Program-made: the position numbers and the translations under genes
Assembly (NCBI GenBank): GCA_024639325.1
Contig: JAHEIO010000005.1
Span: 1,090-65,089, forward strand
From: Gammaproteobacteria bacterium
GTDB lineage: Bacteria; Pseudomonadota; Gammaproteobacteria; Arenicellales; JAANXG01
Length of the DNA: 64,000 nt
Direction: 5' to 3'
Shown: in pieces, positions 20,550 to 31,026 of the stretch
How positions within the stretch are numbered: the stretch's first letter is position 1
Layout of the letters: each line of letters starts with the position of its first letter
The notes under the pieces: generated by a model
The model's database searches: none
The model's input: only the letters and a program-made list of their open reading frames with translations
Told to the model about the DNA's origin: nothing

Positions 20550-21893
20550 ATGAACAAAAGCAACAGAAGCAATTTGGGCCCGGCGCATATCGGGATACTG
20601 GGTCTTGGGACGGTCGGATGCGGCACGGTGAACGTATTGACCCGAAATGCGGACGAGATCGCTCGAAGGGCGGGGAGACAGATATCTATTGCAGCGGCTT
20701 GTGCACGCAATCTGACTCGGCGCAGGGACTGTGATACCAGCCAGTTGAACCTGACTGCGGACGCGGCATCGGTGGTGGAGAACCCCGACATCGATGTGAT
20801 CGTGGAGTTGATAGGCGGCGAATCTCCTGCCAAGGAACTGGTGATGGCGGCGATCAGGAATCGAAAGCACGTCGTTACGGCAAACAAGGCCCTGATTGCC
20901 ATACACGGCAACGAAATTTTTGATTGTGCACAGCAGCATGGAGTCGTGGTGGCATTCGAGGCGGCGGTTGCCGGCGGCATTTCTATCATCAAAACCATAC
21001 GCGAGGGGCTTGCCGGCAACCGTATCGAATCTCTGGCAGGGATCATCAACGGCACCGGCAATTACATTCTGAGCAACATGCGTGATCACGGAGACAGCTT
21101 CGATCAGGCGTTGCGACAAGCGCAAAACCTGGGCTATGCGGAGGAAGATACCACATTCGATATCGAAGGAATCGATGCGGCGCACAAACTCACGATACTT
21201 GCGGCCATTGCGTTTGGGATCCCGCTACAATTTGACAAGGTTTATACGGAGGGGATTCGCAACATATCCACCGAAGACATCCGATTTGCCGAAGAGCTTG
21301 GGTACAGAATAAAGCACCTGGGTATTGCGAAAAGAACCACCACCGGGGTGGAGCTGCGCGTGCACCCCACGCTGATTCCGGAGCGTAGACTGATAGCCAG
21401 CGTAGAAGGCGTAATGAACGCGGTGCTTGTCAACGGCGACGCCGTCGGACCGACGCTGCACTATGGCGCCGGCGCGGGCGCCGAACCGACGGCATCCTCC
21501 GTGGTCGCTGATATCGTGGATGTTGTGAGGGCACTGACGACGGATCCCAACAACCGCGTTCCCCACCTGGCATTTCAGGCCAATGCCATTTCCGATATCC
21601 CGGTGGTGTCGCCCGGTGACTTCGAAACTGCCTATTTTTTGAGTATGGAAGCACTGGACCGCCCGGGAGTGCTTGCTGACGTGACGCGCATATTTGGTGA
21701 ACTGGATATCAGCATCGAAGCGATCCTGCAGAGAGAACCGGTCGAGAAAAACACCGCCCAGGTCATTATCCTGACGCAGGAAACGAAAGAGCAGCGGATG
21801 ATGCAGGCTCTTGTCCAACTCGAGGAACTCCCTTCGATTATGGATGCGGTGAAACGGATACGCGTCGAACACCTGAGCTATTCGGCGACATAG
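20550..21893 (+). CDS. hom: Homoserine dehydrogenase with ACT domain
   Basis: GLGTVG, HVVTANKA, FEAAVAGG, GIINGTGNYIL, DRPGVLA; start uncertain. Confidence 0.95.
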   Translation: MNKSNRSNLGPAHIGILGLGTVGCGTVNVLTRNADEIARRAGRQISIAAACARNLTRRRDCDTSQLNLTADAASVVENPDIDVIVELIGGESPAKELVMAAIRNRKHVVTANKALIAIHGNEIFDCAQQHGVVVAFEAAVAGGISIIKTIREGLAGNRIESLAGIINGTGNYILSNMRDHGDSFDQALRQAQNLGYAEEDTTFDIEGIDAAHKLTILAAIAFGIPLQFDKVYTEGIRNISTEDIRFAEELGYRIKHLGIAKRTTTGVELRVHPTLIPERRLIASVEGVMNAVLVNGDAVGPTLHYGAGAGAEPTASSVVADIVDVVRALTTDPNNRVPHLAFQANAISDIPVVSPGDFETAYFLSMEALDRPGVLADVTRIFGELDISIEAILQREPVEKNTAQVIILTQETKEQRMMQALVQLEELPSIMDAVKRIRVEHLSYSAT

Positions 21894-21894
21894 G

Positions 21895-23049
21895 ATGACA
21901 CCAAACCAAAACCATGGCGTGCGTTACACCGGGCTGATAGACAAGTATCGGGACCGTTTGCCGCTAAGCGCGGACGTTCACGCCGTGAGTCTGGGCGAAG
22001 GTGCTACCCCGCTGATCAAACTGCAAAATGTTTCCCGCTTGCTCGCCGTGGATGTCGAGATCTATGTCAAGTTCGAGGGAGTAAATCCCACCGGATCCTT
22101 CAAGGATCGCGGTATGACCGTGGCGGTCACCAAGGCCGTTGAGCAAGGCAGCCGCGCGGTCATTTGCGCGTCTACGGGGAATACCTCCGCTTCCGCGGCG
22201 GCATATGCCGCGCGAGGTGGACTAAAGGCATTAGTGCTCATACCCGAAGGGAATATAGCACTCGGCAAGCTGGCGCAGGCCATGATGCACGGCGCCAAAG
22301 TCATCCAGATTCAGGGAAACTTCGATCACGGCATGGCGCTGGTCAAGTCACTCGCCGAAAACGCCCCGGTGACTCTGGTGAATTCAGTGAATCCATATCG
22401 ATTGCAGGGCCAGAAAACGATCGCTTTCGAAATCGTGGAGGAGCTGGGCAGGGCGCCGGATTACCACTGCCTGCCCGTGGGTAATGCGGGAAACATTACG
22501 GCACACTGGATAGGTTATACCGAGTGTGCCCGGAACGCCGGGGATGAAACGACCGCGGCGTGTGGTTTCTGCGACGGCCATTGCAGCCTCACCAGGCAAC
22601 GGACCATACAACACAGACCGACGCTGGTGGGTTACCAGGCAGCCGGTGCCGCACCATTCATCGCCAACCAGTTTGTCGATCATCCGGAAACGGTGGCGAC
22701 GGCGATAAGGATTGGGCGCCCGCAATCCTGGGAGTTCGCCTGGACCGCGAGCCGGGAATCGGGCGGATGGTTTTCCAGCGTCACGGACGAACAGATTCTA
22801 CGGACGCAAAAACTGCTTGCCGAGCAAGAAGGCGTTTTTTGTGAACCGGCCTCCGCAGCTTCCATTGCGGGCCTGATCGGAGATCTTGAACAGGGAAAGA
22901 TCGAGGAGGGGAGTATAATCGTCTGTACGGTGACGGGGCATGGATTGAAGGATCCGGATACCGCCATCGAATTGAGTGCAAAACCGGTAACCGTACCCGC
23001 GCAACAGGATGCTGTTAGAAAGATAGTCATGGAACACCTAGATGGTTGA
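21895..23049 (+). CDS. thrC: Threonine synthase
   Basis: NPTGSFKDRG, CASTGNTSAS, PVGNAGNI, TGHGLKDP. Confidence 0.95.
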   Translation: MTPNQNHGVRYTGLIDKYRDRLPLSADVHAVSLGEGATPLIKLQNVSRLLAVDVEIYVKFEGVNPTGSFKDRGMTVAVTKAVEQGSRAVICASTGNTSASAAAYAARGGLKALVLIPEGNIALGKLAQAMMHGAKVIQIQGNFDHGMALVKSLAENAPVTLVNSVNPYRLQGQKTIAFEIVEELGRAPDYHCLPVGNAGNITAHWIGYTECARNAGDETTAACGFCDGHCSLTRQRTIQHRPTLVGYQAAGAAPFIANQFVDHPETVATAIRIGRPQSWEFAWTASRESGGWFSSVTDEQILRTQKLLAEQEGVFCEPASAASIAGLIGDLEQGKIEEGSIIVCTVTGHGLKDPDTAIELSAKPVTVPAQQDAVRKIVMEHLDG

Positions 23050-23064
23050 TCCTGGGGAAGCTTT

Positions 23065-24006
23065 ATGAACCCGAATGCCGCGATATTTGTTGCCGGCCAC
23101 AGGGGCATGGTTGGGTCCGCGATCGTGCGCCTGCTGAAGAAAGAGGGATTCCACAACATCCTGACCGCGAAGCGGAGCGAATGCGATCTGACACGGCAGC
23201 AACAGGTCGAAGCATGGTTCAACCATCATGGAGTCGACTATGTAATACTTGCGGCGGCCCGGGTCGGTGGGATCCATGCCAACAATACTCGGGGAGCGGA
23301 GTTCGTATACCAGAATCTCGCTATCCAGACCAACGTCATCCACAGCGCCTACCAGAACGGCGTCAAAGGATTGATGTTTCTGGGCAGCTCGTGTATTTAC
23401 CCGCGGGACTGCCCGCAACCGATCAAGGAGGAATACCTGCTAACGGGGCCGCTCGAAGCAACGAATGAATCCTATGCAATTGCCAAGATTGCCGGGCTGA
23501 AGATGGTGGAGGCGTACAACAAGCAGTACGGTACCGGCTATCTAACACTGATGCCCACGAACCTTTACGGCCCCAATGACAATTTCGATCCGGATTCGTC
23601 GCATGTCCTGGCCGCGTTGATTCGCAAGCTCTCCGACGCCCGTGATTCGAGTGAGAAGGTCGTCAAGGTTTGGGGAACCGGTATGCCCCGACGTGAATTC
23701 CTGCTGTCGGATGACCTGGCGGAAGCTTGTCTCTTCTGCATGCGGCGAAACATCGGATACAGCATGGTCAACGTGGGATCCGGGGAGGAGGTGACTATCC
23801 GGGAGCTTGCGGAACTGGTTGCACAGACCGTCGGATTTCGGGGCCAGATCGAATTCGATAGCCGTATGCCGGACGGCACGCCACGCAAACTTCTTGATTC
23901 ATCGCGCATCAATGCCGCGGGCTGGCAGGCACGGACCCCGCTGCGGGAAGGATTGAGGCGGTTGTACGAATGGTATCTCGATCGGAACGGGGGTAAAGCA
24001 GCTTGA
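23065..24006 (+). CDS. fcl: GDP-L-fucose synthase
   Basis: AGHRGMVGSA, AARVGGIHAN, LGSSCIYP, YAIAK, PDGTPRK. Confidence 0.95.
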   Translation: MNPNAAIFVAGHRGMVGSAIVRLLKKEGFHNILTAKRSECDLTRQQQVEAWFNHHGVDYVILAAARVGGIHANNTRGAEFVYQNLAIQTNVIHSAYQNGVKGLMFLGSSCIYPRDCPQPIKEEYLLTGPLEATNESYAIAKIAGLKMVEAYNKQYGTGYLTLMPTNLYGPNDNFDPDSSHVLAALIRKLSDARDSSEKVVKVWGTGMPRREFLLSDDLAEACLFCMRRNIGYSMVNVGSGEEVTIRELAELVAQTVGFRGQIEFDSRMPDGTPRKLLDSSRINAAGWQARTPLREGLRRLYEWYLDRNGGKAA

Positions 24007-25991
24007 CCTGCCGCCACGCCATTGCAATGTCGCTGGCGCTGACCGTATTCATTACCGGGCTGCTCCTGCCCACTGCGGAACTGCACGCCCAGACCTCCGA
24101 TACCTCGGACCAGACCCAGGCCACCGGGCGTGGCGAACAGATTACGCTGAACTTCCAGTCCGTCGACATCCGGGCGTTGATAAACACCGTGTCGGAGGTG
24201 ACGGGTAAAAACTTTATCGTCGACCCGCGGGTAAAGGGCAAGGTGACGCTGGTTTCCGGAGGGCCTTTGAATGCCGACGAGATCTATAGCGTATTCCTGT
24301 CTGTTCTGGAGGTGCACAACTTTGCGTCGATACCCTCCGGCGACGTGATCAAGATCATACCGACCAATATCGTCAAACAAAGTCCAACACCCACGGAATA
24401 TACCGAGCCCGTTGAAGCGACCGATCAGCAACTCACGCAGGTTCTCAGACTCAAATATGCATCGGTTCAGGAGCTGCTGCCGATTTTGCGGCCGCTGCTT
24501 CCGCCCACCAGCCATTTCGCAGCCCACGCACCGACCAATACCCTGGTGTTGACCGACACCGCGTCGAATATTCGCAGGTTGATAGACATCATCGAGCGCA
24601 TCGATGTACCCGACCGGCGTTCCAGCGTTCACGTGGTTTACCTCAAATTCGCACAGTCAAGCGTGTTGGCCGGTGTGTTGGCCAATCTGGCGGGCGCGCT
24701 GCAGGATGGAGGAGGAGGGGACGGCCCGAGCAATCAGAGCAAACTGTCCGTACAGGGGGACGATGCGCTCAACGCGCTGATCATCAACGCACCGGACGCC
24801 GAGTTTCGCCTGTTGCAGGCCGTAATAGACCAGCTGGACATCGAGCGACCCATCGAAGGCGACGTGCACGTCCTCTATCTCGAACACGCCAAGGCCACCG
24901 AGATGGTTGAACTCCTGAACAACGTGAGCCAGGCGAGAAGCCGCGCGGTCGGCGGAGAAAATCAGACAACCCAGGCGCAGGTGGTGCAGGCGGACGAAGC
25001 GACCAATGCGCTGGTCATTCACGCCTCCAATGATGATTTTAGAACCATCCAACGGGTGGTGGAAAAACTCGATGTGCGCAGGGAGCAGGTCTATGTGGAG
25101 ACCATCATCGCCGAGGTATCCACCAACAAGGCCGCGGATCTCGGCATCGAATGGCAGTTCAACGACACCGGGACCACCGGCGGCCAGGCCAGCGCGAGCA
25201 CCCAATTCACAGAACAAGAGGGCGGGCTGACGCTGGGTTACCTCAACGACCTGATCATCGGTATCACCGGCAACATCGTACCGGATCTGTCCATTGTACT
25301 GCGCGCTCTGCGCAGCGACACCGACACCAATATCCTTTCCACCCCCAATCTGGTGACGCTTGAGAATCAGCCGGCGGAAATCATCGTAGCGCGGGAAGTT
25401 CCCTTCATCACCGGCGCATTCACCACCAATGTCGGAACCACGACAACGGTGGACGTCGGCGAGGATACCGCGATCAACAGGGTCAATCCGTTCCAGACCA
25501 TCGAGCGCAAGGATGTGGGCATCACCCTGAAGATCACGCCCCAGATCAATGCCGGCAATACGGTGCGGCTGGAAATCGAGCATGAAATCTCCAACGTGAG
25601 CGATATCAGTCTCCAGCTCGCGTCGGATATCGTCACCGATAAACGCTCGATTCAGACCACCGTGGAGGTGGACGACGGACAGATCATCGTGCTTGGAGGG
25701 CTGATCCGGGACGACGTTGTAGGGACGGTTGAATGGGTGCCCATCCTCGGCAAAATTCCCTTGATCGGAGCGTTGTTCAGGCGCAAGTCCAAATCTGCGA
25801 TTAAAACCAATTTGATGATCTTTCTGCAGCCGAAGATCGTGCGAACCACCGAGGACCTGATGGGTCCAACACAGGAGAAGTACGACTTCATTAGAGACAA
25901 GCAGATCGGGAGCCAGGAAAACACCAAGCGAATGATCAAGGGTGGTGAGCCACCGCTGCTTCCGGCTCTTGATCAGCAGACGGATAAGTAA
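24003..25991 (+). CDS. gspD: T2SS secretin GspD
   Basis: LNFQSVDIRALI..GKNFIVDPRVKG, three further N repeats, secretin domain (ERKDVGI, VPILGKIP). Confidence 0.95.
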   Translation: MTCRHAIAMSLALTVFITGLLLPTAELHAQTSDTSDQTQATGRGEQITLNFQSVDIRALINTVSEVTGKNFIVDPRVKGKVTLVSGGPLNADEIYSVFLSVLEVHNFASIPSGDVIKIIPTNIVKQSPTPTEYTEPVEATDQQLTQVLRLKYASVQELLPILRPLLPPTSHFAAHAPTNTLVLTDTASNIRRLIDIIERIDVPDRRSSVHVVYLKFAQSSVLAGVLANLAGALQDGGGGDGPSNQSKLSVQGDDALNALIINAPDAEFRLLQAVIDQLDIERPIEGDVHVLYLEHAKATEMVELLNNVSQARSRAVGGENQTTQAQVVQADEATNALVIHASNDDFRTIQRVVEKLDVRREQVYVETIIAEVSTNKAADLGIEWQFNDTGTTGGQASASTQFTEQEGGLTLGYLNDLIIGITGNIVPDLSIVLRALRSDTDTNILSTPNLVTLENQPAEIIVAREVPFITGAFTTNVGTTTTVDVGEDTAINRVNPFQTIERKDVGITLKITPQINAGNTVRLEIEHEISNVSDISLQLASDIVTDKRSIQTTVEVDDGQIIVLGGLIRDDVVGTVEWVPILGKIPLIGALFRRKSKSAIKTNLMIFLQPKIVRTTEDLMGPTQEKYDFIRDKQIGSQENTKRMIKGGEPPLLPALDQQTDK

Positions 25992-25995
25992 AGCT

Positions 25996-27546
25996 ATGTC
26001 AACGCCATCACATGAGCTGTTCGACAGTCACCAGGAGCCATGGCTCGAACGGGTCGATCCGAATTATGTCAACAGCCTGCCCTACCTGTATGCCAAGAAC
26101 TACAGCGTTCTCGCGTTGTTCCGGGATGAGTCTCCGGAAATAGACAGGAACCACGTGCTTTGTTCGGATCGGCCGAATCTGGGCGTTATCAACGAGCTGC
26201 GGCGCAAACTGAAAGGACCCTTGCTGTTCCATCAGACGGATCAGCCCACTTTCGAGCGGATGCTGCGACAGGCTTACGACAAGGGCCAGTCAGAGGCAAC
26301 CCAGATGGTCGATGACCTGGGGGACGAGTTCAACCTGGAGCGACTGGCTCATGAACTGCCGGAATCCACCGATTTGCTCGAAACCGGCGACGAAGCACCA
26401 ATCATCCGCCTTATCAATGCACTGCTCACGCAGGCAATTCGGGAAGGCGCATCGGATATACACCTCGAAGCATTCGAGGAGAGGTCCGTGGTTCGCTTTC
26501 GGGTGGATGGGGTTCTGCGGGACGTAGTGGAGCCGCAGCGCGCCTTGCACGGGGCGCTGGCGGCTCGGGTCAAGGTAATGGCCAGTCTTGATATTGCTGA
26601 AAAGCGACTGCCCCAGGATGGACGCATATCGCTCAGGGTGGGCGATCATCCCGTCGATGTCCGCGTTTCGACGCTGCCCACACGGCACGGCGAGCGGATC
26701 GTACTGAGGCTGTTGGACAAGACCGCGGCCAGGCTCGACATCGAGCAGCTGGGGATGGAACGTGAGCTGCGGGCGCAATTCGATGCCATGATTCACAAGC
26801 CCCACGGAATTCTACTCGTAACCGGACCAACGGGGTCGGGTAAAACCACCACACTGTATGCCGGATTGACCCGGCTCGATCGACAAAGCCTCAATATTCT
26901 AACCGTCGAGGACCCTGTAGAATACGATCTCGACAGCGTTGGTCAGACCCAGGTGAACACCAAGATCGGCCTGACTTTTGCAAGCGGGTTGCGGTCCATA
27001 TTGCGACAGGATCCGGATGTCGTTCTGGTTGGCGAAATTCGTGATTTGGAAACCGCGCAGATTGCGGTACAGTCAAGCTTGACGGGCCACCTCGTGCTGT
27101 CCACTTTGCACACGAACACGGCCATTGGTGCGGTTACACGGCTCCTGGATATGGGCATGGAGTCATTTCTGATCTCCTCCAGCATTCTCGGCGTGCTGTC
27201 ACAGCGGCTGGTTCGAAAGTTGTGCGCATCGTGTGCGCAACCCTATTCTCCCGGTGACCGGGAGCGGCAGTTGCTGGGTCTGACCGAAAACGACGACGTC
27301 GAGATCTATCGGTCCGTCGGCTGTGCGGTTTGTGAGAATACGGGTTTCAGGGGCCGCACGGGAATCTATGAACTCATACCGGTCGACGATCACCTGCGTA
27401 CGATGATTCACGAACAGGCGAGTGAAGAAGAAATGCTTGACTATGTTCGCCGAACGGTCAAGGGTATCTCTCAAAGCGGCTTTGACAAGGTGCTGGCCGG
27501 GGAAACCAACGTTGACGAAGTATTGCGGGTATCTATTGACAGCTAG
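25996..27546 (+). CDS. gspE: T2SS ATPase GspE
   Basis: ASDIH, EKRLPQDGRI, GPTGSGKTT, LRQDPD, tetracysteine motif. Confidence 0.96.
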   Translation: MSTPSHELFDSHQEPWLERVDPNYVNSLPYLYAKNYSVLALFRDESPEIDRNHVLCSDRPNLGVINELRRKLKGPLLFHQTDQPTFERMLRQAYDKGQSEATQMVDDLGDEFNLERLAHELPESTDLLETGDEAPIIRLINALLTQAIREGASDIHLEAFEERSVVRFRVDGVLRDVVEPQRALHGALAARVKVMASLDIAEKRLPQDGRISLRVGDHPVDVRVSTLPTRHGERIVLRLLDKTAARLDIEQLGMERELRAQFDAMIHKPHGILLVTGPTGSGKTTTLYAGLTRLDRQSLNILTVEDPVEYDLDSVGQTQVNTKIGLTFASGLRSILRQDPDVVLVGEIRDLETAQIAVQSSLTGHLVLSTLHTNTAIGAVTRLLDMGMESFLISSSILGVLSQRLVRKLCASCAQPYSPGDRERQLLGLTENDDVEIYRSVGCAVCENTGFRGRTGIYELIPVDDHLRTMIHEQASEEEMLDYVRRTVKGISQSGFDKVLAGETNVDEVLRVSIDS

Positions 27547-27573
27547 TGTCCTGTCCCGGTAAGCCTTGAAACA

Positions 27574-28809
27574 ATGGGCGCATATGAATACAAGGCACTA
27601 GACTTACGCGGCCGGACGAAAAAAGGCGTTTCGTCCGGCGATTCCGCACGTCAAATCCGCCAGAAACTGCGCGAACAGGGATTGACTCCGATGAATGTCG
27701 TCCCAATCTCGGAGGAGGTGGCGAGCAGCAGGCGGTCGGCGCGGACAGACGGGTCCGGCCCGGTACGCCGCACCCGGATCAAGATCGGCGAGCTGGCCGT
27801 GATTACACGGCAATTTGCAACGCTGCTCGGCGCCGGACTTACCGTGGAAGAATCACTCTCGGCTCTAATTCAGCAAGCCGAGGGACATCAGGTCAAATCG
27901 GTGATGAGCGGGATTCGGTCGCAGGTCACGGAAGGCCATTCCCTGGCCGACGCCGTCTCCCGGTATCCACGGTCGTTTCCTGAGATTTACATGGCCTCCG
28001 TGGCGGCGGGCGAACAGAGCGGTAATCTGGACGAGGTCCTGGAGCGACTGGCGGATTACATCGAAGCTCGTCAGGGGATCCAGCAGCGAATAGGGATCGC
28101 GCTGATTTACCCCATAATACTGACCGTTGTGGCGGTGCTCATAGTGACCGGGTTGCTGACCTATGTCGTGCCACAGGTCGTCAAGGTCTTCGAGGACACC
28201 GGCCAGGACCTGCCTTTACTGACTGAAATGCTGATAACGGTAAGTCAGCTATTGCTGAAATATGGCGGGTGGCTGATAGGCTTAGTTTTGTTAACCATTT
28301 TAGTGGTGTTTGTGGCACTCAAAAATGAGCGGATCAGGTTTGCGCTGCACGGGACTTTCCTCAAGTTGCCCGGAATTCGCCGGCTGTCACGGGGAGTCAA
28401 CACGGCGCGCATGTCGCGCACCCTGGCGATCATGGCCGGCAGCGGGGTGCCGCTGTTGTCCGCAATGCGATCGAGTGAAGGTGTGATTTCAAATCTTGTA
28501 CTTCGCAATAACCTGAATGAAGCGGCGTCGGAGGTGGCGGAAGGCGTGAGCATCAACCGGGCACTCGCGCGCAGTGGAAATTTTCCCCCGCTGCTCGTTC
28601 AGATGGTCGCCAGCGGTGAAAGGAGCGGCCGCCTTGGGGAGATGCTGGACAAGGCCGCCAACGCGATGGAGAAGGAACTGGAATCCCGGATTGCGGTACT
28701 GGTCGGCCTGTTCGAACCCGCTATGATATTGATTATGGGTGGCGTGGTCCTGGTAATCGTGCTGGCAATTCTGCTTCCAATATTCGATTTGAATCAATTG
28801 ATAGGTTGA
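27574..28809 (+). CDS. gspF: T2SS inner-membrane platform GspF
   Basis: MGAYEYKALD, AGEQSGNL, ALIYP, SGERSG, LFEP. Confidence 0.95.
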   Translation: MGAYEYKALDLRGRTKKGVSSGDSARQIRQKLREQGLTPMNVVPISEEVASSRRSARTDGSGPVRRTRIKIGELAVITRQFATLLGAGLTVEESLSALIQQAEGHQVKSVMSGIRSQVTEGHSLADAVSRYPRSFPEIYMASVAAGEQSGNLDEVLERLADYIEARQGIQQRIGIALIYPIILTVVAVLIVTGLLTYVVPQVVKVFEDTGQDLPLLTEMLITVSQLLLKYGGWLIGLVLLTILVVFVALKNERIRFALHGTFLKLPGIRRLSRGVNTARMSRTLAIMAGSGVPLLSAMRSSEGVISNLVLRNNLNEAASEVAEGVSINRALARSGNFPPLLVQMVASGERSGRLGEMLDKAANAMEKELESRIAVLVGLFEPAMILIMGGVVLVIVLAILLPIFDLNQLIG

Positions 28810-28818
28810 GGTGATTTG

Positions 28819-29250
28819 ATGAGACAACGTGGTTTTACGCTTATCGAAATTATGGTGGTTGTGGTAATCATCGGTTTGCTCGCGACCCTGGTGCTGCCGC
28901 GGGTGCTCGGCCGACAGGACCAGGCCATGATCGCGAAAGCCAAGGTCGATATTCAGGCATTGTCGTCCGCATTGAAATTATACAAACTGGACAACTTCAA
29001 CTACCCGAGCACCGAACAGGGGCTGGAGTCCCTGACCAAGCCGCCCGCTGGCGATCCTCCCGCAAAATACTGGAAAAAAGGCGGCTATATCGAACGACTG
29101 CCCGCGGACCCATGGGGCAATCCGTATCAATACCTTAGCCCCGGTGAAAAAATGGAGTTCGATATTTGGTCATTCGGTGCCGACGGACGCACCGGCGGAG
29201 ACGGAACCAGCGCGGAAATCGGAAACTGGAATCTGGATGAACGAAGATAG
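28819..29250 (+). CDS. gspG: T2SS major pseudopilin GspG
   Basis: GFTLIEIMVV, LYKLDN.NYPSTEQGL, DPWGNPYQY. Confidence 0.97.
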   Translation: MRQRGFTLIEIMVVVVIIGLLATLVLPRVLGRQDQAMIAKAKVDIQALSSALKLYKLDNFNYPSTEQGLESLTKPPAGDPPAKYWKKGGYIERLPADPWGNPYQYLSPGEKMEFDIWSFGADGRTGGDGTSAEIGNWNLDERR

Positions 29251-29344
29251 TACCAGCCGGTGTACCGGGCCGGGCCGAACCGGTTTCCGGTAACGATTGG
29301 AGCCGGGCTTGGCCGCAATGGGACGCTCATATCAGGGCAAAGTG

Positions 29345-29833
29345 GTGAACTCGCACCAGGCCGGGTTTACCCTGCTGGAAATCATGGTGGTCGTGGTTCT
29401 CATCGCTCTAACCGTAACACTCGTCAGCGTCAACCTGGACAGGGACCGGGATCAGATTGCTCGCAACGAGGCATTTAGGTTCGCAAAACTCATTGAACAT
29501 ATTCGAGAGGAAAGCATACTTACGGGCAAGGTCTACGCAGTCGAAGTCGACGAGCACAATAAGTCGTATCGGTTCATGGAAGCCGGCGAGCAATGGACAC
29601 CTGTGAGTCATGACGATTTGTTGAGGAAACGGCTGTTCCCGGAATATCTGTCCATAAAATTCGACGCGCTGCAGGGTGTTGGCGAGGACGGGCCCGGACT
29701 GTTGATCGTTCAGGGTCTCGGCGACGTTTCGCCGTTCCAGCTGGTGCTGGCCGGAGACGATTACCTGCATGTGGTCAAGCTGGACGACGCACTCAATGTG
29801 ATCGTCGAGCAGGTGGCGCGTGATGAATCGTAA
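29345..29833 (+). CDS. gspH: T2SS minor pseudopilin GspH
   Basis: GFTLLEIMVVVVLI; position after gspG; start uncertain (29318-29345). Confidence 0.85.
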   Translation: MNSHQAGFTLLEIMVVVVLIALTVTLVSVNLDRDRDQIARNEAFRFAKLIEHIREESILTGKVYAVEVDEHNKSYRFMEAGEQWTPVSHDDLLRKRLFPEYLSIKFDALQGVGEDGPGLLIVQGLGDVSPFQLVLAGDDYLHVVKLDDALNVIVEQVARDES

Positions 29834-30350
29834 CCAGGGGTTTACGCTGCTGGAGATCCTTGCGGCTCTGACTATTACCGTGGTCGGCATTACCGCGGTG
29901 GTCAAGGCCGCAGGCAGTGCGGTGGATGTGGTGCAGACCTCGGAAGACCGGATCCTTGGATCCTGGATAGCGAGTAACCGGGTGGCTGAATTACGTCTGG
30001 GCAGGACCTGGCCCGGTGCCTCGACCCGAGATCTCTCCGAAAAGCTCGGAGGAGAGGATTGGTATTACAGAGAGACGATCAGCACCACGAGCGATCCTGA
30101 TCTGATGCGGGTCGACATTTCGGTATACAAAGATAAGGAGCACCTTGATTTCAGCGCGAAATTGTTCGGCTACTTATCGAAATACTCGCCTCCGAGTGAA
30201 CTCCCTTTGGCCTGGGCCGACGAACTCGGTGGGCAGGATCGGGAGGGCGGTTCGAACGAAATTGGTGACCAGGCCGAAACCAATGAACAGGCGGCCCAGG
30301 ACGGGGTGAATGAAAATGACCAGCAAAACCAGCAAGATGGTGATGATTGA
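29823..30350 (+). CDS. gspI: T2SS minor pseudopilin GspI with acidic tail
   Basis: GFTLLEILAAL, WIASNRVAELRL. Confidence 0.88.
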   Translation: MNRNQGFTLLEILAALTITVVGITAVVKAAGSAVDVVQTSEDRILGSWIASNRVAELRLGRTWPGASTRDLSEKLGGEDWYYRETISTTSDPDLMRVDISVYKDKEHLDFSAKLFGYLSKYSPPSELPLAWADELGGQDREGGSNEIGDQAETNEQAAQDGVNENDQQNQQDGDD

Positions 30351-30351
30351 A

Positions 30352-31026
30352 ATGCCTCCGCCCGCTGAATCATCCGTAAATCTTAAAGTGCCTGAAGAGA
30401 CGAGGCATTCCGAAAGGTCGAACCTGTGCGGGGGATTCACGCTGCTTGAAATGGTGGTTGCCATCGGCATATTCGCCATCATCGCGGTCATCAGCTACTC
30501 GAGTCTGGTTCAGTTTATCGACACCAGGGATACGATCGAATCAAGGCACGAGGAACTGGCTGCGCTTCAGATGACGATGACTCTAATCGGACGGGATGCA
30601 CGCTTTATGATCAACCGCCCGGTCAGGGACAGCTACGGGGACGAAGAGGCAATGCTGCTGAGCGGCGAAAGCCTTGCGCTGGCGGAGAGCGAATTTTTCA
30701 GGCTGACGACCAGCCACCCAGATCCCCGCATCGGACTTACGTCGCGATCGCAGCGTGTCGGGTGGCGTTTACAGGATGGTGATCTTCAGCGGGTTAGGTG
30801 GGACGTGCTGGACAGGGACGAGGACAGCAAGGAATACATACGGACCGTCCTCACCGGCGTTGCGATCGCGGAAGTCCGGTATTACACATTCTCGGAAGAC
30901 GGTGAACTGGAGACGATAGACGAGTGGGATATCGCTTCGTCGCTGCCCGCCGGTATCGAATTCCTGCTGACCATGGACAGCGGCAAGGTGTACAGAAGGG
31001 TGTTTGCCGTGGCGGGCAGCAGTTGA
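30352..31026 (+). CDS. gspJ: T2SS minor pseudopilin GspJ
   Basis: GFTLLEMVVAIGIFA, RPVRD, QRVGWRL..W.VLD; start uncertain. Confidence 0.88.
   Translation: MPPPAESSVNLKVPEETRHSERSNLCGGFTLLEMVVAIGIFAIIAVISYSSLVQFIDTRDTIESRHEELAALQMTMTLIGRDARFMINRPVRDSYGDEEAMLLSGESLALAESEFFRLTTSHPDPRIGLTSRSQRVGWRLQDGDLQRVRWDVLDRDEDSKEYIRTVLTGVAIAEVRYYTFSEDGELETIDEWDIASSLPAGIEFLLTMDSGKVYRRVFAVAGSS

Noticed and set aside
23565-25583. Long antisense ORFs (355 and 308 aa) opposite fcl/gspD
   Set aside because: Shadow ORFs of well-supported genes in GC-rich DNA; no recognisable motifs.
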